DNA of 32,000 bases, from the NCBI RefSeq assembly GCF_000025945.1, contig NC_006138.1, forward strand, positions 1,800,001 through 1,832,000, read 5' to 3'. A program made the translations under genes and the position numbers. The notes below the pieces were generated by a model. That model saw only the letters and a list, made by a program, of their open reading frames with translations. It had not been told where the DNA came from and ran no database searches. Source of the DNA: Desulfotalea psychrophila LSv54. GTDB lineage: Bacteria; Desulfobacterota; Desulfobulbia; Desulfobulbales; Desulfocapsaceae. Of the stretch, positions 16,294 through 25,621 are shown piece after piece (positions within the stretch are counted from its first letter, which is position 1; every line of letters begins with the position of its first letter).

Positions 16294-17526
16294 TTAGCCT
16301 TTTTGATATTCCCGGGCTCGCTCAATGATAAATTCCTTCCAGGAGGGGTCATTGAAGGCGTGGGCCACGGTGAAGATATCCTTGTCGCCGCGACCGGACA
16401 TATTGATGACGATGGCATCCTCAGGAGATAGATCGCTTGCCTCCTTAAAGGCCTGGGCAAAGGCATGGGCTGATTCGAGGGCAGGAATAATACCCTCTTT
16501 TTTCATGGTCAGCTCCAGGGCAGCCAGTACTTCAGTATCCGTTGCCGCCTCAAAACGTACCCTGCCCTCCTCCCAGAGATGGCTGAGAATAGGACTGACG
16601 CCCACATAATCAAGACCTGCCGCCACGGAATGGGTTTCCCGCATCTGTCCGTCATCGTTTTGGAGAAACATGGTCTTATACCCTTGGGCAACGCCTGGGC
16701 TGGCATCTCCTCCGGCCAGGCGGGCGGCATGTCGGCCTGTTTCAAGGCCGTCGCCACCTGCTTCAACGCCTACGAGTTCAATTTTTTTGTCCTCTAGGAA
16801 TCCCTGGAAGATGCCCATGGCGTTGGAACCACCACCAACGCAGGCATAGACCCGTTTGGGTGGCCTGCCGTGGTATCTCTCGATCTGTTCCCGAGCCTCA
16901 GTGCCGATGATGGATTGAAACCAGGAGACCATTTCGGGAAAGGGCGCGGGGCCGCAGGCTGTGCCCAGTACATAGTGGGTGTCATCGATATTGCTCACCC
17001 AGTCGCGAAAGGCCTCGTTGATTGCATCCTTAAGGGTGCGGGAGCCATCCTTTACCGGCACTACGGTGGCCCCCATCTTCTCCATCCAGAAAACATTGGG
17101 CCGTTGGCGCTGCACATCCACCTCGCCCATATAGATGGTACATTCAAGACCGAATTTGGCAGCCATGGTGGCCGTTGCCACTCCATGTTGTCCTGCACCT
17201 GTTTCGGCAATAACCCGTTTTTTACCCATCCTCTTCACCAGAAGACCCTGTCCCATGACGTTATTTGCCTTGTGGGCACCCGTATGGTTAAGGTCCTCCC
17301 GCTTTATATAGATCTGAGCTCCGCCAAAATGTTTGGAGAGATTTTCAGCATAGGTCAGGGGGGTCGGTCTGCAGGAGTAGGTGGACATCAGCTGTAGATA
17401 TTCCTGCCAGAAGCTCGGGTCATTTCTGGCCTGCTGGTAGGCCTCTTCGAGTCGGTCAAATGTCTCTCTTAATATTTCAGGAAGATAAACTCCGCCCCAG
17501 TTACCAAAAAAACCTTTTTTGTTCAT
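16294..17526 (-). CDS. trpB: tryptophan synthase beta chain
   Basis: 410 aa. YIKREDLNHTGAHKANN (PLP lysine), AETGAGQHGVATAT, GGGSNAMG and GLDYVGVSP are present. Confidence 0.95.
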   Translation of the reverse strand: MNKKGFFGNWGGVYLPEILRETFDRLEEAYQQARNDPSFWQEYLQLMSTYSCRPTPLTYAENLSKHFGGAQIYIKREDLNHTGAHKANNVMGQGLLVKRMGKKRVIAETGAGQHGVATATMAAKFGLECTIYMGEVDVQRQRPNVFWMEKMGATVVPVKDGSRTLKDAINEAFRDWVSNIDDTHYVLGTACGPAPFPEMVSWFQSIIGTEAREQIERYHGRPPKRVYACVGGGSNAMGIFQGFLEDKKIELVGVEAGGDGLETGRHAARLAGGDASPGVAQGYKTMFLQNDDGQMRETHSVAAGLDYVGVSPILSHLWEEGRVRFEAATDTEVLAALELTMKKEGIIPALESAHAFAQAFKEASDLSPEDAIVINMSGRGDKDIFTVAHAFNDPSWKEFIIERAREYQKG

Positions 17527-17720
17527 CTCTATGGATCCTCTCTTGAAGTCAGTGTCGAAAGTGTATCTGCGTATAGTAACACTTCTGCTGTGAAAGAAAA
17601 CTCTTTTTTCTGTCTAATCATTGCGGGGAATTTTTTTGGTAAATAAATCAATTCAGTGGGACGATAATAAGAAAAAGATTTTATAGTCGAGTCACCCATC
17701 TAGTACAGGAGAAAAAAATT

Positions 17721-18146
17721 ATGACATCTGTGAAAGAGAGAGTAGCCGCTCCAAGCGTTAATTTTGAAAAGATTCTTTTTTTTCCGGAGGGTATTCCCGG
17801 ATTTGAGGATTTTAAAGAGTATCGGATTTTTCATAAAGAGACAAATGGTCTTGCCATCTATTGGCTGGAGTCCTGTGATGATGCAGCGGTTACCTTTACC
17901 CTGGTCGCGCCTGATCATTACGGTCTGCACTATGATTTCAATCTCAGTGACGAGGAGCAGACTCTGCTCCAAGCAGAAGAGCCCATGCAACTTGCCATCT
18001 TTCTTATTGTCAGTAAGGGAGAGGGCCAATATGCGGGACTCAATGCAAATATTAGTGGGCCAATTGTTATTAATGTTCAGAGGCAGAGGGCTCTGCAAAA
18101 GGTGCTGCAACAGTCGCGCGTTTTGACTACGATTATTGACCAGTAG
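17721..18146 (+). CDS. fliW: flagellar assembly factor FliW (flagellin / CsrA partner protein)
   Basis: 141 aa. FPEGIPGFEDFKEYRIF, WLES.DD..V.F.LV.P, and N-[AL]-x-GPIVIN with QRQRALQ follow the FliW (DUF180) pattern. AGGAG RBS. Confidence 0.8.
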   Translation: MTSVKERVAAPSVNFEKILFFPEGIPGFEDFKEYRIFHKETNGLAIYWLESCDDAAVTFTLVAPDHYGLHYDFNLSDEEQTLLQAEEPMQLAIFLIVSKGEGQYAGLNANISGPIVINVQRQRALQKVLQQSRVLTTIIDQ

Positions 18147-18154
18147 GATTTCTG

Positions 18155-18186
18155 TTGGACCTTGTCCCCGTTAGGACAAGGTCCAA
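18155..18186. terminator. hairpin between the convergent fliW and GalT-like genes
   Basis: Perfect 13-bp stem TTGGACCTTGTCC (18155-18167) / GGACAAGGTCCAA (18174-18186) with a 6-nt loop. There is no U-tract on either side. Confidence 0.5.
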
Positions 18187-18191
18187 TGGCT

Positions 18192-19817
18192 CTAGAGGTC
18201 AGCCCCTTGGAGTGCGTTGCGGCAGGCGGCGGCAAAATCTTCTGGATAGTGGCCATTGATAAAACGCATCTGGGCCTCACTGAAGGCACCGGGAGATTCC
18301 GGCAATCTCGGCAGAAGGGCATAGATAATAGGTTGGTTGCGCCCCTGACCGATGGCCTTGGAATATTCAATGGAGGTGACCATTTTGGCCCCGAGACGGG
18401 CCAGCGCCTTCTGGGCCGTGAGGATCCCCGTATCAAGGGCATCCCTTGTCTTTTCATCTGCTTCGAGGATATTGCCGACAAATCTAGCGTTCGCATCGGG
18501 GCGGGTCATGACCTGCAGCTCCCACTGGGATGTCTGAGCCTTGGGTACAAAGAGCACGGCCCATTCGTTGCTCCAGATAACAAGGTCTGTCTCAAGATCG
18601 TCCCGCCCATCCAGTCGTTTATTCTCCTCAATAGCCTGCAGATAATCAGAAAAATAATCCCGCTGATACAACTCATGGTAGGCATCGATGATCGGGGCAA
18701 TCAGATCTCCACAGGCATAGGACTCAAGCTCCTCAGCGGCTAACTGTTCAAAGCCTGTATAGGCGGTGACCTGTCGGGGGATCATTGCATACTGCTGGTG
18801 GATCTGTTGGTGGGAGGCGTGCAGGCGGTAGGCGCTTGGGGCGTAGTCAAAGCCAAAGTTCCAGCCCCAGAGGCTGGTCTTGCTCTTTAGAGTCGAGGGC
18901 GTGTCCATATTTTGTAATATTTGTAGACGTAACGCCTCTATTTCTTCCCCTGTCATCAGGGCCGCGCCTTCAGTCAGGCTTAGATCAAGCTCACTGCCAA
19001 GGCGAATAAAACTGCGTTGGTAGTAGAGACGGCGCAGGCCCCTTATATCCGCTCCCGAGAAATCCTTCATCTCATAACGGATGGCATCCTCGGCCATATT
19101 GGCGGCATAGTGTCCGCCGGGGATATAGGAGTTTGTCCGCAGATACTCGTAGGCGTGACTCTCCCCTTCCCGCCATTCCCCTGTGATGGGGCTTGCCCCC
19201 TGGGCTCCCGGGCGAATGACCATGGCAATCTTATAGGCAGCGGGTAGATGGATATTGTTGGCCACGGCCTCCAAGAGGAGCTTGTTATGGATCTTAGCGC
19301 GTATCCTCCCTCCAGCCTCTTCTCCGTAGACAAGGCCGATTGGTGTATTACCCTCAAATATCATCTCGCATGAAATATGGGCCAGCTCGATCAGATCCCG
19401 TGGGTCTGTACTGGTGGTGGCCAGGGCCAGTTGCAACGGTGCCGGCAGGGCAGCTATGAGCGTTTTCTCAATACCACATTCTGTTAGGGTGCGGTGTAGG
19501 GAAACGGCCTTGGCTGCGGGTAGGTGGAAACGTTTAGGGCTTTCTGCGCTGGCATCTGCCCATCGTTTGTTGATATAGGTGACGCCCTTAAAGGGGAGGG
19601 GATTGGCTATTTCAAAGACCCAATCACTATCCTCAGCTACGACATCACCGTTGGGAAGATTTATCTCGTTATATACAGCCCCACCTTCTTCGCTCCTGCC
19701 CAGAAAGGCCTTTTGGCTGTCTATTCGTCTGTTTGCCACGCTATAGCTTGGCTTGTGAATTCCGTAAATAAATGTGCCACCCGGACGTACGCAGGTGGAT
19801 ATCTTTTTATCGTTCAT
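18192..19817 (-). CDS. uncharacterised 541-aa protein whose C-terminal ~230 residues resemble galactose-1-phosphate uridylyltransferase (GalT, HIT superfamily)
   Basis: By-eye alignment to E. coli GalT: [16 protein letters not shown] vs [45 protein letters not shown]...[11 protein letters not shown] vs [63 protein letters not shown] vs [20 protein letters not shown]. I prefer the ATG at 19817 (AAGGA 8 nt upstream) over the TTG at 19844. Confidence 0.55.
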   Translation of the reverse strand: [541 protein letters not shown]

Positions 19818-19881
19818 CTCTGATATCCTTATGGCAGCCTTCAATTCTCAAGCCACCCTCTGTTTATAGATGTCAGCCATC

Positions 19882-20739
19882 CTATTTCTTATCCTTCCAC
19901 ATGGCAAGGGCCTGCTGGTATACCTGAGAACGGGAGAGGCCAAGGTCCGATGCCAGTTTTCTGGTGGCATCTTTAAGGGAGAGTTCGGAATTGTCGCGGT
20001 ACCAGACAAGCATCTCTTCAATGTCTTCCCCCGTCGCCTGTTCCTGCTTTTCCGGGTGGATGACGATGACAAATTCACCGCGTACCCTCTGATCCTGAGT
20101 TTTTTGGTAGAGAATCGAGAGGCGATCGCACTGTAGTTCCTCGTAGGCCTTGGTCAGTTCCCTTGCCCAAAAGGCCTCTCTGTCGCCCAGTATATCCAGG
20201 GCATCGGCCAGCAGGTCATCAACCCGGTGTGGGGATTCATAGAAAACAACGGAGTAATCAGAATCCTTTATGGAGGAGATAAGCTTTCGGCGCTGGCCGC
20301 CCTTTGATGGGGCAAATCCCAGGAATAGAAATCCTGAATCGGTGATTCCTGAAGCGGAAAGGGCGGTGGTGAGAGCAGATGCGCCAGGTAGAGGCACAAC
20401 GGTGATGCCTGCCAGATGGGCCTTTCCTACCAAAACGGCCCCGGGATCAGAGATGCCAGGTGTGCCTGCATCGCTGATCAGGGCAATATTTTCCCCTCTT
20501 TGCAGTCTGCCAATCAACTCCTCGCTGCGTTCGTTTTCACGCTCGCGGTAGTAGCTGATAAGGTGGGTGGATATTTCAAAGTGGTTGAGAAGTCTCTTGC
20601 TATGCCTGGTATCTTCTGCGGCAATAAGATCGACTTCTCCCAGGATACGGAGAGCGCGCAGGGTGATATCTTCCAGATTGCCAATGGGTGTTGGCACAAT
20701 ATATAGGGTGCCAACACTCTTCTTCAGTTCTTGTGTCAT
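19882..20739 (-). CDS. rsmI: 16S rRNA (cytidine1402-2'-O)-methyltransferase
   Basis: 285 aa. GTLYIVPTPIGNLEDITLRAL..L..VDLIAAEDTRHS..LL and ISDAGTP.ISDPG are present (tetrapyrrole-methylase fold, RsmI pattern). Confidence 0.9.
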   Translation of the reverse strand: MTQELKKSVGTLYIVPTPIGNLEDITLRALRILGEVDLIAAEDTRHSKRLLNHFEISTHLISYYRERENERSEELIGRLQRGENIALISDAGTPGISDPGAVLVGKAHLAGITVVPLPGASALTTALSASGITDSGFLFLGFAPSKGGQRRKLISSIKDSDYSVVFYESPHRVDDLLADALDILGDREAFWARELTKAYEELQCDRLSILYQKTQDQRVRGEFVIVIHPEKQEQATGEDIEEMLVWYRDNSELSLKDATRKLASDLGLSRSQVYQQALAMWKDKK

Positions 20740-20974
20740 GGTCTCTTCTATGGGGGCTAAAATAGCGGTAAAATATTTAGGGCCTGTCAGAAAATAACAT
20801 GAACATCTTGCAACTCAGCTTCGGGCCATCTTCGATCGTTTCTCAATCGCAAAATCCTCGATGTAGCCCTGCTACGTCTGTGGTTTTGTTCAATCGGCGC
20901 GACCAAATCTGACGCAAACCTGAGCGAAATTTTGACCATCTTATTTTGTAACAGATCCTTAGTTTCTCTGCCCC

Positions 20975-22762
20975 CTATCTAGCAATAATTGGAAAATTTC
21001 GCACGGAAATAGCAGGGCGAATTTTTTCCAGAAGAGGTTTTGCCAGTACTGCACTATCAATTTGATAGCCCCAATTTTTTATACCATATCCGCTTAAGTC
21101 CAGGAGTCTCTCTGCTAAACGCTCTCCATTATCGCTCTCCTGGTCGTAGGAAAAAAGGACGGCAATATAGTTGAAAAGAGGTCTGCTTTCAGGTCTTGCC
21201 AGCCAGGCCTTGAGGCACTTCTGCTGCTCATCGGTGCGGGCATCAATAATAATATAGTCAAAGTATGTCAGGAGACTTGCCGTCTTGGCCAGAGATCTCT
21301 CTTTCATCTGGGCCGGGCTGATGATGACTCCGATATCAAGAAATGGTTGCCACTGTTGAAATGCCTCAACTCCCCGCAGGAGGGTGTTTGTGGGTTTTTT
21401 ACTCAGGAGCTGTTGACGGAATTTTCTGCTGCTGTTCGGATTCCATGGCCTCTTGATTTCGTTGCCTGTGATTTTAATTGGTTTTGTCGTGCCTGCCAGT
21501 ATCTCTTCTACGGCCGCATGGTTTTCCACAATAAGACCATCGACAAAGCTATTCTTTCCCATATCTGAGAAGAGGCGAGTCAGTTTCTGCGGGCTATCAG
21601 CTTTAAAAAGAGGAGCATCAAGCGAGAGAACAGTCGCGACCCCTGTCCGGGCCCTTGTATACCAAGAGAGGCGGGTGAGCTTATTAAGAAAGAGAGGGTA
21701 TGTCTGGTTGGTAAAGAGTGCCTCTTTGCCCCTTGGTGTTTGGACAAGCGGTGCGAGGACAACCGCGCTGGGTTTTAAGGACTTGTCCCTGTCCAAAAAG
21801 GCACTGTACAGAGGTTCTTTAGGGTCTGTTGTATCAATTATCTCCTCTGTTGGGGCGATAATAAATCGTCTGAGAGGTTGGCTTTGGCTAACGAGCATTT
21901 CCTCTCGGAGAATTTCCGTCAGCGGGTTGGCCACCGGGTAGTACCTGGGCACTGCATTAAGTTGGGATATATTGGCTTGAGGCAGATCATCTAAGGTAAG
22001 GGCTATCTTCATGCCAAGGTCTGCCGCCACATTTTGGCAGAGGGTATTATAGTTGCCAAAGGGCCAGACCATGACTCTGGGTTTTTTCCCTGTGTACTTG
22101 GCTATAAGGTAGCTATTCTTTTTAAGATCATCATAGATGCGCTGTCGCATCTCTTTATCTGTCTCTTTTTGCCCTGTTGCGACCTCGTATTGATGGGCGA
22201 TGGCTGCGGGTATTTTGCTGCCGTATGCATCTGCTATAATTTCTTTATGCAGACCATAGGAGTGGGAGGCAAGTTCCACTAAATTGGATGCACTGATTTC
22301 CTGGATCTGTTCCCAGCTGAGAAAGCGACTCCGGGCAAGGGTGGTGGCCCCGTACTCTACCCTTTCATTTGGGCTTGCCGAGAGCCATTCGCCCACAAGA
22401 GCCAGGACAGCAGGATACTTATAGGCCTTGAGTAGTGGCAGTACATGGGTGTAAAAACTTACATAGCCATCATCCCAGGAGAGCAACACCGCCTTGGCAG
22501 GCAGTTTCTTGGTGCCTCTTTGGGCCGCAAGAAGATCGTCAACGCTGATCGGATGATAGTCGTTTGCCTTTAACCATTCAAAATGATTAATTAAGGTGTC
22601 TATCGTCACCGTATCCGATGTTAGCTGGTCGCGGCTATCGACCACATCATGATAGGAGATAGAGTAGAATGTCTGCTCCTCAGCGTGTGCCCAGCTGGAG
22701 GAAGCCCATAACAGGGCAAAACAGAAGAAAAAAAGTTTTTTGAGATAATTAGAATTTCGCAT
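20975..22762 (-). CDS. pgaB: poly-beta-1,6-N-acetyl-D-glucosamine N-deacetylase
   Basis: 595 aa. Signal peptide, then SYHDV...DTVTID.L..HFEWLK.N.Y.PISVDDL and LLSWDDGY (polysaccharide deacetylase/NodB-type domain), plus a C-terminal PgaB-type domain. It sits last in the pga operon. Confidence 0.85.
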   Translation of the reverse strand: MRNSNYLKKLFFFCFALLWASSSWAHAEEQTFYSISYHDVVDSRDQLTSDTVTIDTLINHFEWLKANDYHPISVDDLLAAQRGTKKLPAKAVLLSWDDGYVSFYTHVLPLLKAYKYPAVLALVGEWLSASPNERVEYGATTLARSRFLSWEQIQEISASNLVELASHSYGLHKEIIADAYGSKIPAAIAHQYEVATGQKETDKEMRQRIYDDLKKNSYLIAKYTGKKPRVMVWPFGNYNTLCQNVAADLGMKIALTLDDLPQANISQLNAVPRYYPVANPLTEILREEMLVSQSQPLRRFIIAPTEEIIDTTDPKEPLYSAFLDRDKSLKPSAVVLAPLVQTPRGKEALFTNQTYPLFLNKLTRLSWYTRARTGVATVLSLDAPLFKADSPQKLTRLFSDMGKNSFVDGLIVENHAAVEEILAGTTKPIKITGNEIKRPWNPNSSRKFRQQLLSKKPTNTLLRGVEAFQQWQPFLDIGVIISPAQMKERSLAKTASLLTYFDYIIIDARTDEQQKCLKAWLARPESRPLFNYIAVLFSYDQESDNGERLAERLLDLSGYGIKNWGYQIDSAVLAKPLLEKIRPAISVRNFPIIAR

Positions 22763-25196
22763 GGATCATCGCATTTATACTGTAATTGGGTTCGTCTTCA
22801 CCGTCGTATCTGTTCTGTCCGTATTCTGCACCAACGACAGCCTGCCAAAGTGGGTAAAAGGTATAACGGTACTCGTAGCGAAGATGGCCAATGGCACCCG
22901 TTGAGAACTCTTTTTGCTGATACATTCCCAGCGAAGCTTCAAAAACCTGGACACCACTTTTATCATAGTGACGATGGAGGAGATGTTCTGCCCGAAAGGT
23001 AAGATTACCTGTGAAATCCTGTTTTGGATTAAAGTAGGGGGCATCATCACCTTCACTGTTGGTACTGGCGTCGAGATCAAGGATAAGATCAAGGTCGAAT
23101 CTGGGTTTGTCAACTATGCGTTGGGTAAGTGCTATTCCTGTCTCCCATCTATTGTTGCTGTCGCTGAAAAAGCCGGCTGACAGGAAGTAATCCAAGCGCC
23201 TGCTCTCGTTCCAGCGATAGGAACCAAAACCTCTTACCTTGTCATAGGTGATATTATTATGCAGGGCGCGAAGCGGGGTGTCGTCTGCAAAGAGTTCACC
23301 TTCTATATTCCAGGCCCAATGATCGTCCGGGGTCAGGCCGAGGCGAAGGTGACCACCCGCCCTGTTGACGGTGGAGAAATTATATTTAACCAAGGCCAGC
23401 ATGTTCTTATATTGATCTTGATATCTTACCCCTGTTCCCAGCCGGGTAAAACTTTCCTCTCCTCCAATGATTTCACCCCAGGAATATTTGCCTATCGCCG
23501 TGATGTTCCAGTGGGTGTCAAGGGGGACGCTTATGAACTCCGCCGATGCATCCAGGTAATCACCTGAAATAACTGGTCCTTTGCTGTGTCCCCAGGTTGC
23601 CTCTGCCCAGACCATATTGCGGGTCGCCCAGTAGAGTTCTCTGTTCAGATCTTTACTGACATTGTCCTCCGGCATGGTTTCTTGCAGGGTTGTGGCAATC
23701 TCTTCTGCCCTGTCAAATTCGTGGGTGTCGATATAACATTCGGCCTTTCCTGCCAGGGCATATTTGTCCTGAGGGTTCAGGACCAGGGCCTGGTCGTATA
23801 TCTTTTCTGCCCTTCTTGGCCAGCCTCGGAAGCGGGCAACTTCTGCCCGGACCACCTGTAGGCCGCTATTTGCCGGGGCGAAATGGGTCATTGGGCTTAT
23901 GTTGTCCCAAGCCCAGGCCAACTGGTCGCCATAGATACGTGCCTGGATGGCAAGCACCCGGTTGTCAAGATGCTGTTCGTTAGGTCCCGGCTCGTTTGTG
24001 TCTAAAAAGTTTATCCAAGGGGGTTCCTGGCTATTTTCCCGGTCTATGACGGCATAGGCCTTACAAAACTCTTCGTTTTCGATATAGGCATAGAAGAGAG
24101 AGATTTTTGCATCGTAGTTATCCGGTTCCTGGGCAAGGGTTTCCAGGAAGAGCGGGATGGCCCTTTCAGGATGATGCAGCTCCAGTTGAGCCACGCCTGC
24201 TGCCTGATTGGCATATGGGGGTACATCTCCCGTGCTGAGAAGATACTGATGGAGGTATATGCTTGGACAGTAGTAGTGAAGGATATTATAGCTCATCATC
24301 ATGTCAGCGAGGAGTGCTCTTCTGGTGATCTCATTACCCTCTGAGACGAGACTTAAACCATCCATTTGTAGTATAAGGGCTCTGCTTGCCCAGCGAATAG
24401 CCTCTTCTCTGCTGGTTGCAACATCTTCGCACCACTTAAGGAGGACAGCAGCCCGGAGCATGAGCAGGCGTGCCTTTTCATTGCCGTTCGTGGCATATTT
24501 TTCAGGGGACCCGATTGCATAGGGTGCTTTCAGGCTTTCCAGGATCAACCTTTTTCTTTGTTTTGCCTCAGTATTATCTGGATCGAGGGTAAGCACCTGC
24601 TCAATATCGGACAGGGCAGCTAGCCAGTTCTTTTGACTCAGCTGGAGACGAGCGTCAATACTGTACCAGTCCTTGTTTTTAGGATATATTTTTGGATAGA
24701 GGGCTAGGATAGACTGGGCATACTCGGGTCGTTGATTGTCGAGGAGTATTTTGGCCTGACTGAGCAGGCCCTTGGGGTTATGGGGGGCTATTCGCAGCTG
24801 TTTTTCAACGATACTGAGGGCGAGATCATTTTGTCCCAGTCTCCGGCACGATTTGATCACAGCATGCCAAACAAAGTCGGGATAGCCTGCGCTATCTTTT
24901 TTCAGGTAGAGATCTATGGCCCTTTGGTCCTGTTGATCCCAGCTGAGAACGACGATGAGATCATTGTATAGGGGGCGGTCATCGGGGTGTAGCCGGAGTA
25001 AGCGGGTAAGAACCGGGATGTTCTCTTTGGTCTGCCCTGCTCGGGCCTCGACTACTGCCCTTTGCCATTCTGTCCTATCCGCCGGGGAGAGCTGCGCCTG
25101 GCAGGGAGACAGGAACGCAAAAAAGATGGAGAATATGACAAAATATATCTGGGCTAGATATCTTCCTTTGGCTTTTCTTGCTTTGGTATTTTTCAT
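22749..25196 (-). CDS. pgaA: PNAG export porin (TPR domain plus C-terminal beta-barrel)
   Basis: 815 aa. Signal peptide, N-terminal TPR-like repeats, then a C-terminal region with alternating beta-strand pattern ending in aromatic ...INAMIHAKF. The size is similar to E. coli PgaA (about 800 aa). Confidence 0.85.
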   Translation of the reverse strand: MKNTKARKAKGRYLAQIYFVIFSIFFAFLSPCQAQLSPADRTEWQRAVVEARAGQTKENIPVLTRLLRLHPDDRPLYNDLIVVLSWDQQDQRAIDLYLKKDSAGYPDFVWHAVIKSCRRLGQNDLALSIVEKQLRIAPHNPKGLLSQAKILLDNQRPEYAQSILALYPKIYPKNKDWYSIDARLQLSQKNWLAALSDIEQVLTLDPDNTEAKQRKRLILESLKAPYAIGSPEKYATNGNEKARLLMLRAAVLLKWCEDVATSREEAIRWASRALILQMDGLSLVSEGNEITRRALLADMMMSYNILHYYCPSIYLHQYLLSTGDVPPYANQAAGVAQLELHHPERAIPLFLETLAQEPDNYDAKISLFYAYIENEEFCKAYAVIDRENSQEPPWINFLDTNEPGPNEQHLDNRVLAIQARIYGDQLAWAWDNISPMTHFAPANSGLQVVRAEVARFRGWPRRAEKIYDQALVLNPQDKYALAGKAECYIDTHEFDRAEEIATTLQETMPEDNVSKDLNRELYWATRNMVWAEATWGHSKGPVISGDYLDASAEFISVPLDTHWNITAIGKYSWGEIIGGEESFTRLGTGVRYQDQYKNMLALVKYNFSTVNRAGGHLRLGLTPDDHWAWNIEGELFADDTPLRALHNNITYDKVRGFGSYRWNESRRLDYFLSAGFFSDSNNRWETGIALTQRIVDKPRFDLDLILDLDASTNSEGDDAPYFNPKQDFTGNLTFRAEHLLHRHYDKSGVQVFEASLGMYQQKEFSTGAIGHLRYEYRYTFYPLWQAVVGAEYGQNRYDGEDEPNYSINAMIHAKF

Positions 25197-25621
25197 AGCT
25201 CTTCGTATAAGAAAATTTCTTTGTTTTTTCGGATTTCCTGGGCTCGACTGGGATCAATGTGAAAAAATGTTGCCTCTTCTTCTATTATTATGCTGTTGGT
25301 ATGCTGCCTCCTCTCTGATTTCCCGTATCTTCTTAAATTATACTGGGCCCAGATAAGGTAAATGAAGAAAAATACCCCTATAATTATGATATAGTTCAGG
25401 GCGTTGGCAAAAAATATTTCATTTGTTTCGTTTTGAAAGAACAGATCTAAGGTTGTTTGTCCTGTGAGGAATTTTAAAACGACTGTGTAGACGGGAAACC
25501 AGAGGATCATCCATACCAGCCAGCAGAGACCGGTGAACAGGAGGGCAAACCACCGGTAAATTCTTGGCTGTCGTTGGTATGTGTCAACAACAAGCTCCTT
25601 TGGGGTTAAAATATTATTCAT
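25193..25621 (-). CDS. pgaD: PNAG biosynthesis protein PgaD (small 2-TM partner of PgaC)
   Basis: 142 aa from the ATG at 25621 (8-nt overlap with the pgaC stop). Two TM helices (RWFALLFTGLCWLVWMILWFPVY; IIIIGVFFFIYLIWAQY) and a basic C-terminus. Size and position match PgaD. The ORF-track start at 25780 would overlap pgaC by 167 nt. Confidence 0.7.
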   Translation of the reverse strand: MNNILTPKELVVDTYQRQPRIYRWFALLFTGLCWLVWMILWFPVYTVVLKFLTGQTTLDLFFQNETNEIFFANALNYIIIIGVFFFIYLIWAQYNLRRYGKSERRQHTNSIIIEEEATFFHIDPSRAQEIRKNKEIFLYEEL

